A stretch of 64,000 nt of DNA from Octopus bimaculoides. Lineage: Eukaryota. Location of the stretch: positions 15,896,878-15,960,877 of the forward strand of contig NC_068999.1 of the NCBI RefSeq assembly GCF_001194135.2, given 5' to 3'. A model generated the notes under the pieces. That model was not told the DNA's origin, did not search any database, and worked only from the letters and a program-made list of their open reading frames with translations. Shown here piece by piece: positions 26,531-38,499 of this stretch (position 1 is the first letter of the stretch; the number at the start of each line of letters is the position of its first letter). Both the position numbers and the translations under genes were made by a program.

Positions 26531-27489
26531 GCAGTTATGATCATCCATCTATCTAGGTACATACATACTAACGCACATACGTACGTATCTAGGATAATTT
26601 GTATAACTATGGTGAGCTGCGTCGAAACCACCGACTTCTATACCCAGAATTTAGCAATAATAATTACTGCATTTCACTTTGTGAGTAAATGCCTAAGTGA
26701 TAATATGGACAAGCAAGGATTTTCAGGAAAAGAAATCAACCAACTGCTACATTTCAGTGATAATCTTAATGTGGAATACTAAAAATTTGCTTGTCCGTTC
26801 TCAAGTTTAAAATACGCTCTAGTAATGGATCTTTGTATATTTGCAAGCAACCAACTCCTTTTCTCAGAGGAAATTAAAATAATGAAAGTCAGAAGAGAAC
26901 ATACATGCATACATACATGCATACATACATACATATATACAACTGAATAATGACATACATACATAAATAAAACCGAATAATGATATACATGCATATGACG
27001 TATGAAATTTTGCCCTTCTGTTGAAAACTTGCTTACAAGTCACACTTATTTATAATTTTCACTTTTACCATTTATGAAATCAACGTATGATCTCTACAGT
27101 GATCTTATAAGCTGACAAGACGAGTTTAATGTAACCCTAGGCGCCGGTAAGCGCCACTGACGACTATTAATATAAATGCGAAATCACTGGTTATTTGGCT
27201 ATGCCAAGTGTTGGTAGTACTTGACTCCCTTGCCAGTCATTAAGATAGTGTTTATTTTGGCTCCGAGTTGTTTTGACTCTTATTTCTAGCAATAACGGTG
27301 CTGAATAGTGCCTTTAGTCGCTTTAGTGACGTATATATCTTTGCCTTTCAGTTGAAAAATGGTTAACAAGCAACCTTTAAAAATCATCGAGTTATCTTTC
27401 AAGTTAATTCACTATATGTGTAACTGTCTGTTTTTCTGTCTGTTTGTCTGTCTTTCTGTATGTATATACGACTTCTTGCTCTATTCTCA

Positions 27490-27830
27490 ATACCTTGTGG
27501 AACCCAAAGCTATCGCTGAAGAAAATTGCCTATCGTGCAGTTACATGGGTGCGTAGAGGTCTTTTGAATCATGAAGCTATGACGCTCGCCTTAATCCTCA
27601 TCATCCCTCGTTGTTTTTACTTGGATGATTACAACAAGAAACCACATCTGTTCCATATGATTATAGGAAGGCATCTTATGCGTCAATGTTGTGGTGGAAA
27701 ATTCTCTTTTAATCTATTTTACGTTTTTATTTTCTCCCTTTACTTATCGCACTTTTGGTACGTCAAGCAACGCAAGAATATAATAAGCATCAGTAAATTG
27801 TCTGAATTCATGCGAGTAACACGTTTATTC
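27490..27830 (+). pseudogene. Possible CR1-type LINE 3' relic
   Basis: Supplied ORF contains SILNTLWNPKL (cf. LEY...VWNP.L) and an adjacent frame gives YDARL (cf. Y.ERL); weak. Confidence 0.3.
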
Positions 27831-28739
27831 TAGCTGAGTGAATGATGAATAGATATGTACGCGCCTTTTGTTTGTCTACTTCATTTTGTTTTAAGCAATT
27901 AATTTTGCCTTGGAAACTTCTTTAGAAACTTCCCTTTTCAAATCGTTGTGATAGATTGATTCACCTCGACCTAGTTTACATCATAATGAGTTCACTTTTT
28001 AGGTGAGATTAACACAAAACAAATTCCAATCTATAGAGCTGTTAATTAGCATGGATTACTAAAAAAATCACTTGTACTCTTATTATTAATTTCCGTTTTC
28101 TTCATAATTAATGAGTTTCACTGCTGTTTTAGCAGTCTTAGACAACATGGAATGGAGTGGAGAAAGAATACGGTGAAACCTTGGAAATACATTTAAGTAT
28201 AGGCATACACACATACATGCACGTATATATAGATATATATTTATATATATTTATACACAGACACATATATGTATAAATACATACATATGCATATGTAAAT
28301 GTGTATGTGTGTGTTTATAAGTGTATATCTATGTATATATACATATGTATGTATGTGTATGGTCTCGTCAATGATGATCGCTCGACAACTTAAGATAGCA
28401 GCGACTCATCTCCCGCCAGCGATGGAAATATTCCGTAAAAACCCAGAAGTGAAAGTCGTGCTCTCTATATAGTAAATATAGTTTGGAGCTGATATGTGAT
28501 TAAGATACGTAGGTTTCAAAAGATTGTCTACCAGTATGGAATACGGAAAAGATCCTTAACTTTCCAAATAGACTATTTTATCTATAATAATATATGACAA
28601 GTTTGTGCATTTGTGAATGTGTTACTTTAACTCCTCCGAGAGTATTCAAAAGACTTTGATGACACGTTTGTGGGGCTTATGTCCATGCGGTCACTTACGC
28701 TACTTCGAATTTTTTAAAAATCGATTTTTAATCAGCATC

Positions 28740-29240
28740 GATTTTTCAAAAGACGTAATATCTTGGCATTTTTCGCACTAGCCATGGTGACGAAAAATGC
28801 CGATATTTGACTAAAAATGTTTCATAGGTAAAAACAAATGGCTTATGAACGGTAATCTATTTAGCATTTGCTAATTCTTCATTTTAATGCGAATCGGTTT
28901 GATTTTCTAAAACTTATTATTTCAATTCGTTGTTTTAATTCCAAAGCGTCTCAGGTTTTGATTAGTTAAGAGCATTTTATTTCTCAAGCAAAATTTAGGC
29001 ATTTTGCACACTACACTAGCTGTCGTAACATCAGTTTCACGAAATCTGCCCCCAAAGCGTAACATTTCGCTATTTTACGCAAATGACAACCACACGAGTT
29101 CACTACTAGCCTCTGCTTCTTTTTTCGTCAAATTGGTCCTACCCATCAATATAGATTTTTAATTTTTGAAAAATTTCGAAATTTGACGAAAAATGTTTCA
29201 TTGTTATAAACAGATATCTTATTAACGGTAATTTATTACC
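28740..29240. repeat. Unclassified element with a duplicated 57-bp module and motif-based inverted repeats; probable non-autonomous DNA transposon
   Basis: Direct repeat 28805-28861/29181-29237 (48/57 identical); inverted repeats 28765-28775/28791-28801 and 29121-29134/29180-29193. Confidence 0.6.
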
Positions 29241-30760
29241 GGTACATCAGCTAGTTAATAAATATATATCCCCATAACATTTTATCGAACAATTTATTAG
29301 ATCCTCGCCACAAACCGCTTTCTTGATTTGTTTAAGCTTTCGCTACATGCCAGTCCGCTAGCTAGGGAGGGGAGCAGGCCAGTATGCCCCTGCTATTCCG
29401 TTGTATAAGAGACAATAGATGATAGCCTACTGAAAACAGCGCACCAGCAGTCTAAGAAGTCTGACGTACAAGTAAAGCAAAATTTTGAATTTGCACATTG
29501 AAGCAATTACAATTAATGGAAACCGATTATCTGAAATAACGGCGAAATGTCGATATCTGCCGTTCTGATTCACCACACTTCGGGTGGAAAGGAGTTTCGT
29601 ACCGACTGGCTTTGAAGCGTAATGCGTCTTTTTTTTTTTTTTCCTAGCACTCTACGTCTTGAAAGGAACATTCCCTGAACGAAATACCACATGCAAAAAA
29701 CCTTTAAAAACACACATTGATAATATTTACATTACATAGCAGCATGTAACACAACATACATAGATACACATACACATGTATATATTTATAAGTATGTGTG
29801 TGTATGTATTATGTATGTACACACACGTGCGCGCATGTATATATATATATATATATATANNNNNNNNNNNNNNNNNNNNNNNNNNNNNNNNNNNNNNNNN
29901 NNNNNNNNNNNNNNNNNNNNNNNNNNNNNNNNNNNNNNNNNNNNNNNNNNNNNNNNNNNNNNNNNNNNNNNNNNNNNNNNNNNNNNNNNNNTATATATAC
30001 ATATATATATACATATATACATATACACATATTTATATGTACGATATGTACGTGCCTGTGTGTGTGTTTAGAAGAACTTATGTGTTTTCGGTATATCACG
30101 GAACATTTACTGCAATGCGCTCTGATACAGGATTTATACGGAAGCCCATATGGCTGAGAGGCATTGACAACATTGAAATGTTTGATTTCAATGGAAGCGC
30201 AGCATGGGATGCTAGTAATGTTGAAGTTATAACATATTAATATATTCAATGGAGAGGTAAATATACATACCATTTCAAATCTGGTTCGTTGTCGAGGAAA
30301 TCAATTTCAAAAGATGCATTTACGTACGTACATGTCTTGCATGTTTGCAGTAAAGAAAGAAATTCGAAGCAGAAACACGTTGACCACTTACCTACAAAAT
30401 TGAAATAAATAAGCTTTTAAGAATGTTTCTGAAATTGGTATAATTTGTTACGTTATATTATTATTTAGTTTGGTAGTTTTAATGTATTTTATCTGAGTCG
30501 TTGCAAAACGCATGCTTTTACTCTTGATAGAAACAGCATAAAATTTAAGAAAAGAGAAAGAGACAGGAGAGAGAAAGCGAGAAAAGGACAGAAAGTAGAT
30601 TAGTGAATTATATATATATATATATATATATNNNNNNNNNNNNNNNNNNNNNNNNNNNNNNNNNNNNNNNNNNNNNNNNNNNNNNNNNNNNNNNNNNNNN
30701 NNNNNNNNNNNNNNNNNNNNNNNNNNNNNNNNATATATATAATCATACATACATATATAC

Positions 30761-30813
<53 letters not shown>

Positions 30814-31860
30814 TTCACTTAAGGAAATGCAATGGGGAATGTGTAAATGCAATTTGTGAATTAAAGGAAAAATTATACATCTGTATTTAAGTGTAGAAAT
30901 GTGTAGGAAATCTAGCAAATATACAAAAGACAGAATAAGCATTAAATTTGGTGACGTAATTTGCTTGATATCACGTGGTGTTTTTATGATTTTTCTTCTT
31001 TTATATAGGTACTCTTAGGAATGAAAGACGAGTATATTTCTTTTACAAATACTATAATTGAAATACAATATACAGAAATAAGTGTGTGAAGATACATATG
31101 TGTGCGCGTTTTCGTGTTCTCGAGTGCGTGCGTGTGTTTGTGTATGTATTTGTGGGTATGTGTGTGTATGTGTATACCTATTCATATATAAATCTACAAG
31201 AGCAAATAAGTTGAAACTTAAATACATACATGCCTAGATACATCGTCATTATACCATGTTGCTTATACGCACTAATTCTTTAAGTGTTTGTTTATGTTCT
31301 ATTATAAATGCCTATGTGATTTACTAAAATAAATATGCATTAATATTAATTAGTTTAGTAACATTAACCAAACACATTTTATCATTTTACATTGGCAAAT
31401 TTTATATCATCACTTTATGTTTGGTGTTTCAAAATTAATATTTTTGAGAAATATTTTTTTCAAATTCAATATTTATGTAAATTTCTGGTTATTGGTATTA
31501 CCATCTTGTATTTTCTCAGGGAATTTTAACATGTTTGTATTATTTTACAAAATAAAGCAATGAATAGCACTGGTAATGGTTTTCTTTCCTTCAGTTATGT
31601 CTCTTAATTATATAAACAAAATTCTTAACGTTCTGAATTAGAAACCTGTCGCAAACGGACAGTGTCTTTTATTTTTGTATGAACGAGGAAATAGATGATA
31701 ATTATGTGCCAGTGGCGATTATATTAATTGTTTCCAGAAACCAGAATCCTTAGTGCAAAGTTACAGTTCAATATTCAAAAACAAAAACGTCCTTAAAGCA
31801 CGTTAGTATTAAATACAATATTTCCATGCCTTTGATATAGTTTTCCGCTTTAATACCGGG

Positions 31861-31985
31861 TTCAAATGGTGGCACAAGGCCGGCAGTCTAGTATAGAGTG
31901 GGGGAGAGTGCTATGTCGAACAAATCGACACCAGTGTTCAACCGGTACTTTATCACCCGCGAAAGTATAAAAGGCAATGTTGACC
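31861..31985 (-). mobile_element. SINE family A 3' half, minus strand
   Basis: Reverse complement reads GTCAACATTGCCTTTTATACTTTCG...GATAAAGTACCGGTTGAACACTGGTGTCGAT...GGCCTTGTGCC. Confidence 0.75.
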
Positions 31986-31987
31986 AC

Positions 31988-32105
31988 TGCTTTTTATCCT
32001 TTCGGCGTCGATATAATGTTACCAGCTGAGTACTGGTGACAATGTAATCGACTATCACACTCCATGAAATTTTCTGGCCTTGTACCAGTATTTGAAATCC
32101 ATATT
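31988..32105 (+). mobile_element. SINE family A 3' half, plus strand, head-to-head with the previous copy
   Basis: TGCTTTTTATCCTTTCGGCGTCGATA...ACCAGCTGAGTACTGG...AATGTAATCGACT...AAATTTCTGGCCTTGT. Confidence 0.75.
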
Positions 32106-32149
32106 AAAATTAAAACACAAGGTGTAGATCTAGTAAAATAGTTGCCACA

Positions 32150-32285
32150 AAGGAAATAATGCTTAACAGCATTTCACCCGTCTTTATATTCTGAATTAAA
32201 ATTTCGTCGACAGTACTTTGCCTTTCATCCATTCCGGGTAGCTAAAAATAAGTACCAGTTCAGCACTGGATTCGTTATTTTCGAG
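32150..32285 (+). mobile_element. SINE family A diverged fragment
   Basis: AATGCTTAACAGCATTTC...TTCTGAATTAAAATT...ACTTTGCCTTTCATCC...AAATAAGTACCAGTTCAGCACTGG. Confidence 0.7.
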
Positions 32286-32297
32286 TTATTTCTTCCT

Positions 32298-32662
32298 TTA
32301 ACTTCATAATATTGCTATCAACTTAGTCACATTAGCATGAATACTGATGGAAAAGTATAGCTGAATTATTTTATATACGTATTTTGAGACTCTTATATAT
32401 ACTTATTTTCAGAATTAAAGGTTGACACTCATGTATCAGCATCTAAAAACAATGACAATAACGGGAATTTTATCTACAGGGTGTCCACAAAGTTTGTCTA
32501 CATGGAGTAAATAAAATCATATTATAAACAATTTAATATAAGAAATAATAATTTCTTAAAATATGTGTTAATCCACCATGTACCCAGACTTTGTGGACAC
32601 CCTGTATTATTATTTAAGAATATAAGACACACATAACTAGGTTGATCGTAAATATTAATTCC
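32298..32662 (+). repeat. Unclassified AT-rich repeat (~240 bp without its insert), copy 1, interrupted by a MITE
   Basis: Aligns with 44587-44823 on both sides of the MITE. Confidence 0.9.
32477..32604. mobile_element. Tc1/mariner-type MITE, 128 bp, TA target-site duplication
   Basis: TIR CAGGGTGTCCACAAAGT is perfect over 17 bp and 26/29 when extended. TA at 32475-76 and 32605-06. The paralogous empty site has a single TA at 44765-66. Confidence 0.93.
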
Positions 32663-33140
32663 TTGTGCAAAAATTTGAATCCGATGTTATATTTGAAACA
32701 AAAAGTAGATTTTTAAATTTATTTTTCCCGACTTATGCGGAGGTTAAAGATTTGTTTGTCCCCTACAATAGTAATGAAATTAATAAAAAGAAAATTGCCA
32801 TCACAATTCGAAGTATATTGTGTGAGCGATATTTGGTATACTAGATCTCTATGGAAAACTGCCAACCGAGAGACGCATACTAACACACACAAGCATACAA
32901 TCTTATATATTGGCCGCACGCAATACACAATCAGTACTCCGACATATATACCTCACCCTATCAAATTTCCAATGCATTGCATCCCTTATGCATCTATGCC
33001 TTTACGGTTGGTGGTTACAGTATTAAACAATAAAGCTATGGGATCATAGTGAAGGTTGTAATCAAATATAAGGGACGAGTTATGCTACTAGTCCTTCGAA
33101 AGAAACTAGGAAACATAATACCAATGAAAATTAAATTTTA

Positions 33141-33550
33141 TCTTTTACTTGTTTCAGAAATTAGACTGGCGCCATGCCGAGTAATCGCTTTGAAGAACTT
33201 CTAGTCAATGAATCGATCCCAGTACCTACTTTTTTAAGCCCAGTTCTTATTGTATTGGTCACTTTTGCCAAGCATTAATCTATAGGGACGTAAACAGAAC
33301 AACACCGGTAGTCAAGCTCTTGTAGAGAGACAGATATATTTATATATATATATATATATATGTGTGTGAGTGTGTGTGTGTGTGTGTGCGCGCGCGCGCG
33401 TTTGTGTGTGTGTGTGTATGACAGGCTTCTCTTAGTTTCATTTACTAAGTCTACACACGCGGGTTTAGTCGGCCCGAGGCTACAGTAGATGCGCCACGCA
33501 GTGGAATTGATCCCGGAACCATTTGGCTTGGAAGCAAACTTCCTATCACA
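33141..33550 (-). mobile_element. SINE family B, near-complete copy with internal (TA)/(TG)/(CG) microsatellite
   Basis: Head (33420-33550) matches 36369-36432 and 49052-49188; tail (33141-33320) matches 58640-58850. Confidence 0.8.
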
Positions 33551-34366
33551 AACTGATAAGCTAGAAATATACAAGTATAGACAAAGAAATGGTTAATGAA
33601 ATTTGTTTACTTGTACTTTTAATATAATTTCTTATATGTTAGTCAATAAAGGTGAAAGAATTTTCTAACATTATGTGAATACCATTGCCACTATTATTTA
33701 ATGCAAAACTATCAAGAACGGTGAGAGAACTAGAACACTTGTTCGACATTTCGGAATAGCATGAATTCTGCTAAAGAAACCCAATGTCTTAAATCGAGTA
33801 GTGTTTTAGGAATACCCCACCACCAGCACCACCATCACCAAGAGAGAAGAGAGGAGAAGGGAGAATACTGACAATTTAGTACGAACACTTGAAAATTACG
33901 TTTGCAGGAAATATAAGCGCGTTTACAAGAGCTTATCACGTCACGAAAGTGCAACTCACGTGGGTATTTAATCTCAGCACTGACATTTAATAAAACACCT
34001 TGTACATAATATAACATGTTCTGACGTTTACTGTTCAACGTTTTACCTCCCACGATATCTTACTTCTAAGCAGGTAAAACCAGCTGCTAATTTTGCAGAT
34101 AGTATCTTATTGTGTTCAAGACAAGATGCTTATCTCAATCTCTGAGTCTGCCTATCTCTGTCTAAATACAACAGGTTGTACTACTTACTTCTGTAATCTG
34201 CAGAAACAACTCTGTTATTAAGTCGCGCTTCGAGGTGAAGTTGGGAAAAGCATTCACTGTAGACCAGGGCAACTAATATACGGTTCGAGAAAGAATCCTG
34301 CCAACGTAGAGAGAGCCTATACTTGGTGATTCGTCCTATTTGAGACAGAAAGAGAGGAGAGATAGG

Positions 34367-34399
<33 letters not shown>

Positions 34400-34402
<3 letters not shown>

Positions 34403-34600
34403 AAGAATTGCAATCCAAGTCTTCTTGCAATTTACTGCAGTGAGAAATTGCCGTATACGATAAGCAATATTGAATTACAGATATTATATCTTTGAATACT
34501 AAATGTGGATGCTCACGGCTGGAATATATTTGATGATAAGTTTGCTTCTTCAGAAATGACTTGAGTCTAGACGAAAACAACGATGACGCCAAAGAAAACG
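34400..34600 (-). pseudogene. Possible deleted CR1 RT relic
   Basis: Supplied ORF has RLKSFLKKQ (cf. WIKSFL.NR.Q) and SKLQEDLD (cf. LQ.DLD). Confidence 0.35.
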
Positions 34601-36329
34601 AGAGCAACTAGCAGACAAAAATATGTGGTTATATGTCAACCCCTTAAAACTGTTGAAACTTGTATTGAATAATTTACGACTCAGACCAGAAATTAAATTA
34701 GAAAATTAAAATTTGCCACAGTGGGTTTAAACTCCGAAGCGGAAAAAAATTAAATAAAAGAAATTATGAATATTGTCCACAATTGAAAATTTCCCCTTAT
34801 TATAGATACAATAATGTAAATACGGTTTAAAATAGAAGTCTTGTCCTACATTCGTATTTCTAAAGAGTAATACTTCACAGGCTATACGACTGTTTTTGGA
34901 AACAAATTAAACTTAGATTTGAAAGATAGTGTTTATGATATACAGTCATTGGTTTACACTTTAATAAAAAGGAAGAGAATTATTTTTCAAACGGCAAAAT
35001 GGATAATCTCGAATCAAATCATGATGTTGAGAGGTTTGAATAATAACTTAACTTATATACAGAGCTTACCACGAAAGAAATGCACATTGAATTAACTAAA
35101 CACCATTGTAAAATGGAAAACTGATAATTCGGTGAACAAAAATAAAATACATTTCTTTCATATCTGTTCTTTTCTTTTTTTCTTGTTCTGGGTGATGCTC
35201 AGACCAGGTGAGATCATGAGCAGAACTATTATCAGGCATCAGAGTCTTATCTATTTTTCTGATCATGTATGTAGAACGATGTTATTCAATATGCCTCTTC
35301 TTTGTTTCTACACATTTCTTTGTTTTATTTTGCTTTCAACGTTTACTACTTTATAAAAAGGCGTAAATGCTAATTATATACTGAAAACTAATTGGTAAGC
35401 AACTGATGGTAAACAGACTTCTCATTTTCACTATGATCCAGATTGTGGTCCTAACCAAGCAATTAGTAAATCATAGTATTTCTTTATTTATTCATTGTAG
35501 AAAGCACTTGTCCAAGATTCTAAACAGTTGAAGAGAACAGAAAACCGTAAAGTTTGCGACGCAAACTTCTCGTCCACAATTACCATGTATTACTTTTCGC
35601 TATAGATTATCCAAAAGAGCTCCAAAAGCCATATATAAATAAAGGTATCGAGCAGTTTTCTGTGCTAAAGTAATAGGGATTTTACTAAGATGTAATGGCA
35701 TATTTTCCTGGTTAATGATAGCCGCATGGTTAATATGATATAACTGAATATAGAAAGAGATCGGATTTATCATCACATGTGTACACATGTATAGTCTCTA
35801 TATTTAGCTATATGAAACGAAGAATTGAATCGATATATATATATTCCCCTTTATGCAGTCTTGATAATACACGCAGCTGTTTTGAAGGATATTGTGTCAA
35901 AATCTTGAAGGAACAGAATTATTTTTCAAAATATAATATGGAATATATTCCTGTAGTCATATCCGCAATAAATAATATATTTCAGATTGAATATATATAA
36001 TGACATTAAGTTTAAACTGGGACTTGTTTGCATTGAAGTAGCTTTAAGGAATATAAAAACTAGAGAATATTTCATTATTGAAAACATGTATTCTTAAAGA
36101 TGGTTACATATACAAACGCACTCAAAGACATACACACTCGTGTATATTTATGCTCAGACACACAAACACACACACGCACAAGCACACAGACAACAAAAAT
36201 ACACACAGATATTCACTTATATCTATATCTAAAGCTATCTATCTATCTATCTATCACATCGTGAAAGTAACTTAAAAACATCTAATTATTAAAGTAGAAA
36301 CATAATCAGAAAAGCATTTTCTATTCATT

Positions 36330-36365
<36 letters not shown>

Positions 36366-36368
36366 ACA

Positions 36369-36432
36369 CGGTTAAATCCCACTGCGTGGCATCTTGGGCA
36401 AGTGTCCTCTACTATAGCCACGGGCCGACCAA
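36369..36432 (+). mobile_element. SINE family B head, truncated by a gap
   Basis: GGTTAAATCCCACTGCGTGGCATCTTGGGCAAGTGTCCTCTACTATAGCCACGGGCCGACCAA (B-box-like, plus TTGGGCAAG motif). Confidence 0.8.
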
Positions 36433-36645
36433 NNNNNNNNNNNNNNNNNNNNNNNNNNNNNNNNNNNNNNNNNNNNNNNNNNNNNNNNNNNNNNNNNNNN
36501 NNNNNNNNNNNNNNNNNNNNNNNNNNNNNNNNNNNNNNNNNNNNNNNNNNNNNNNNNNNNNNNNNNNNNNNNNNNNNNNNNNNNNNNNNNNNNNNNNNNN
36601 NNNNNNNNNNNNNNNNNNNNNNNNNNNNNNNNNNNNNNNNNNNNN

Positions 36646-36679
<34 letters not shown>

Positions 36680-36829
36680 GGGTGCGTGTGTCTGTGCGTG
36701 TGTCTATGCGTCTGCGTGTGTGTGTGGATGGATGATATTTTCTTGTCGTTCGAAAAAGACGTTTCTTCAACATTTTGCGGAACAAGCTGCTTATAGTGGC
36801 TAAATATATGTGCTGTAGGTTAGCTCACG

Positions 36830-36983
36830 GTGTCTGCACCACAGCTCAAATGTGGAAGTGATTGAAGAACAAAATAAGATGTAGCGTTTGATTAGGAATA
36901 CAATGCGCCAGCTACTCCAAGAATTGAGTCCACGATCGTGAGATCGTGAGTTCAACGCACTAACCACCAGGCTTTGCACCCTC
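36830..36983 (-). mobile_element. tRNA-derived SINE head, diverged
   Basis: Minus strand GGTGCAAAGCCTGGTGGTTAGTGCGTTGAACTCACGATC...GGACTCAATTCTTGG (A- and B-box-like); related to the head at 38700-38797. Confidence 0.6.
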
Positions 36984-37042
36984 GTACAAATATATATGTA
37001 TATATATACCTTATTTAAAAGCAGCAGAAATATAACAAAAGA

Positions 37043-37080
37043 CTGTTACCATAAGTTTGACGTTCCCGTTTATCGGACAG
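37043..37080 (-). ncRNA. Minimal hammerhead-like motif, minus-strand arm (stem I and GUA triplet intact; G8 and G12 mutated)
   Basis: Minus strand CTGT-CCGATAA-ACG-GGAA-CGT-CAA-ACTT-a-TGGT-A-ACAG. Confidence 0.5.
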
Positions 37081-37115
37081 TCCGATGAACGGGAACGTGA
37101 AACTCAGAGCAACAG
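37078..37115 (+). ncRNA. Minimal type-I hammerhead-like motif, plus-strand arm (core CCGAUGA; decayed at U16.1)
   Basis: cagt-CCGATGA-ACG-GGAA-CGT-GAA-ACTC-a-GAGC-A-ACAG: stem II with a GNRA loop, near-palindromic stem III, stem I 3/4 paired. Confidence 0.6.
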
Positions 37116-37139
37116 TCTTTTGTTATATTNNNNNNNNNN

Positions 37140-37183
<44 letters not shown>

Positions 37184-38499
37184 TCATAAATACATTGCTG
37201 TTGCTTATCGATGTTCGTCGGTGTTCAAGTCAGTAAAGCCGAACCGCAAGGGAGCATGCTAGATTATATCTTGTGTGTACAAATAGATGTATGACTGCGT
37301 CTTTTATGCATTTGCATATTTTGATATTTTTGTATCTTCCTGATATTGTTGTCCACATTACCTACAAAAATTTTTACTTCCCCACCCCCCGTTTCGTCAT
37401 TCAATTCTATTCTCCTTTTAACTCTCTCTCCCTTTTCCCTCTCTTTATCCTGTATCTCCTTATTTTGTTTCTGTTTTTTACTTCCTATTTCCCTCGTGTT
37501 TCTTAGATAAGTTCTCTTTCACTGACAATTGCTTGCTCACTGTTTACTTTTTAAAGCAGTTACCGAATCTCCTGCCATCTCTCCTACTCTTGACATTAGC
37601 TCCGAGTAACTTAATGCAATAAAGTGTTCCCTGATGATCCGATCTGCTCAAGCTTCCATATGTACTTGGAACATCCAAAGTAATGTTCCAAGCAATTATA
37701 ATGATGCAACTTACGTTGGAACTAATAATATAATGTTTGTAGTAATTTATTTCATATATATATATATATATATANNNNNNNNNNNNNNNNNNNNNNNNNN
37801 NNNNNNNNNNNNNNNNNNNNNNNNNNNNNNNNNNNNNNNNNNNNNNNNNNNNNNNNNNNNNNNNNNNNNNNNNNNNNNNNNNNNNNNNNNNNNNNNNNNN
37901 NNNNNNNNNNNNNNNNNNNNNNNNNNNNNNNNNNNNNNNNNNNNNNNNNNNNNNNNNNNNNNNNNNNNNNNNNNNNNNNNNNNNNNNNNNNNNNNNNNNN
38001 NNNNNNNNNNNNNNNNNNNNNNNNNNNNNNNNNNNNNNNNNNNNNNNNNNNNNNNNNNNNNNNNNNNNNNNNNNNNNNNNNNNNNNNNNNNNNNNNNNNN
38101 NNNNNNNNNNNNNNNNNNNNNNNNNNNNNNNNNNNNNNNNNNNNNNNNNNNNNNNNNNNNNNNNNNNNNNNNNNNNNNNNNNNNNNNNNNNNNNNNNNNN
38201 NNNNNNNNNNNNNNNNNNNNNNNNNNNNNNNNNNNNNNNNNNNNNNNNNNNNNNNNNNNNNNNNNNNNNNNNNNNNNNNNNNNNNNNNNNNNNNNNNNNN
38301 NNNNNNNNNNNNNNNNNNNNNNNNNNNNNNNNNNNNNNNNNNNNACGGTTGTACAGACAGGAAGGAATCCAGCGTTGGCAACATTATGTAGAATTATATT
38401 CTTTAATATCCAAATATATGACCATTTATACAATGTGTAGCAGAGAGAGTACCGACGGCGGTGTTAGATTATGATAGAGGATGCCTTTGGTGTTTGTTC

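Larger units (their letters stand above)
37029..37129. repeat. 101-bp imperfect palindrome (50-bp arms, 44/50 complementary, 1-nt spacer), right side cut by a gap
   Basis: Arm 37029-37078 compared base by base with the reverse complement of 37080-37129: 6 mismatches. Confidence 0.95.

Noticed and set aside
35550-35568. Perfect 9-bp inverted repeat AAGTTTGCG-A-CGCAAACTT
   Set aside because: A palindrome of this length is not surprising by chance in 64 kb, and there is no context.
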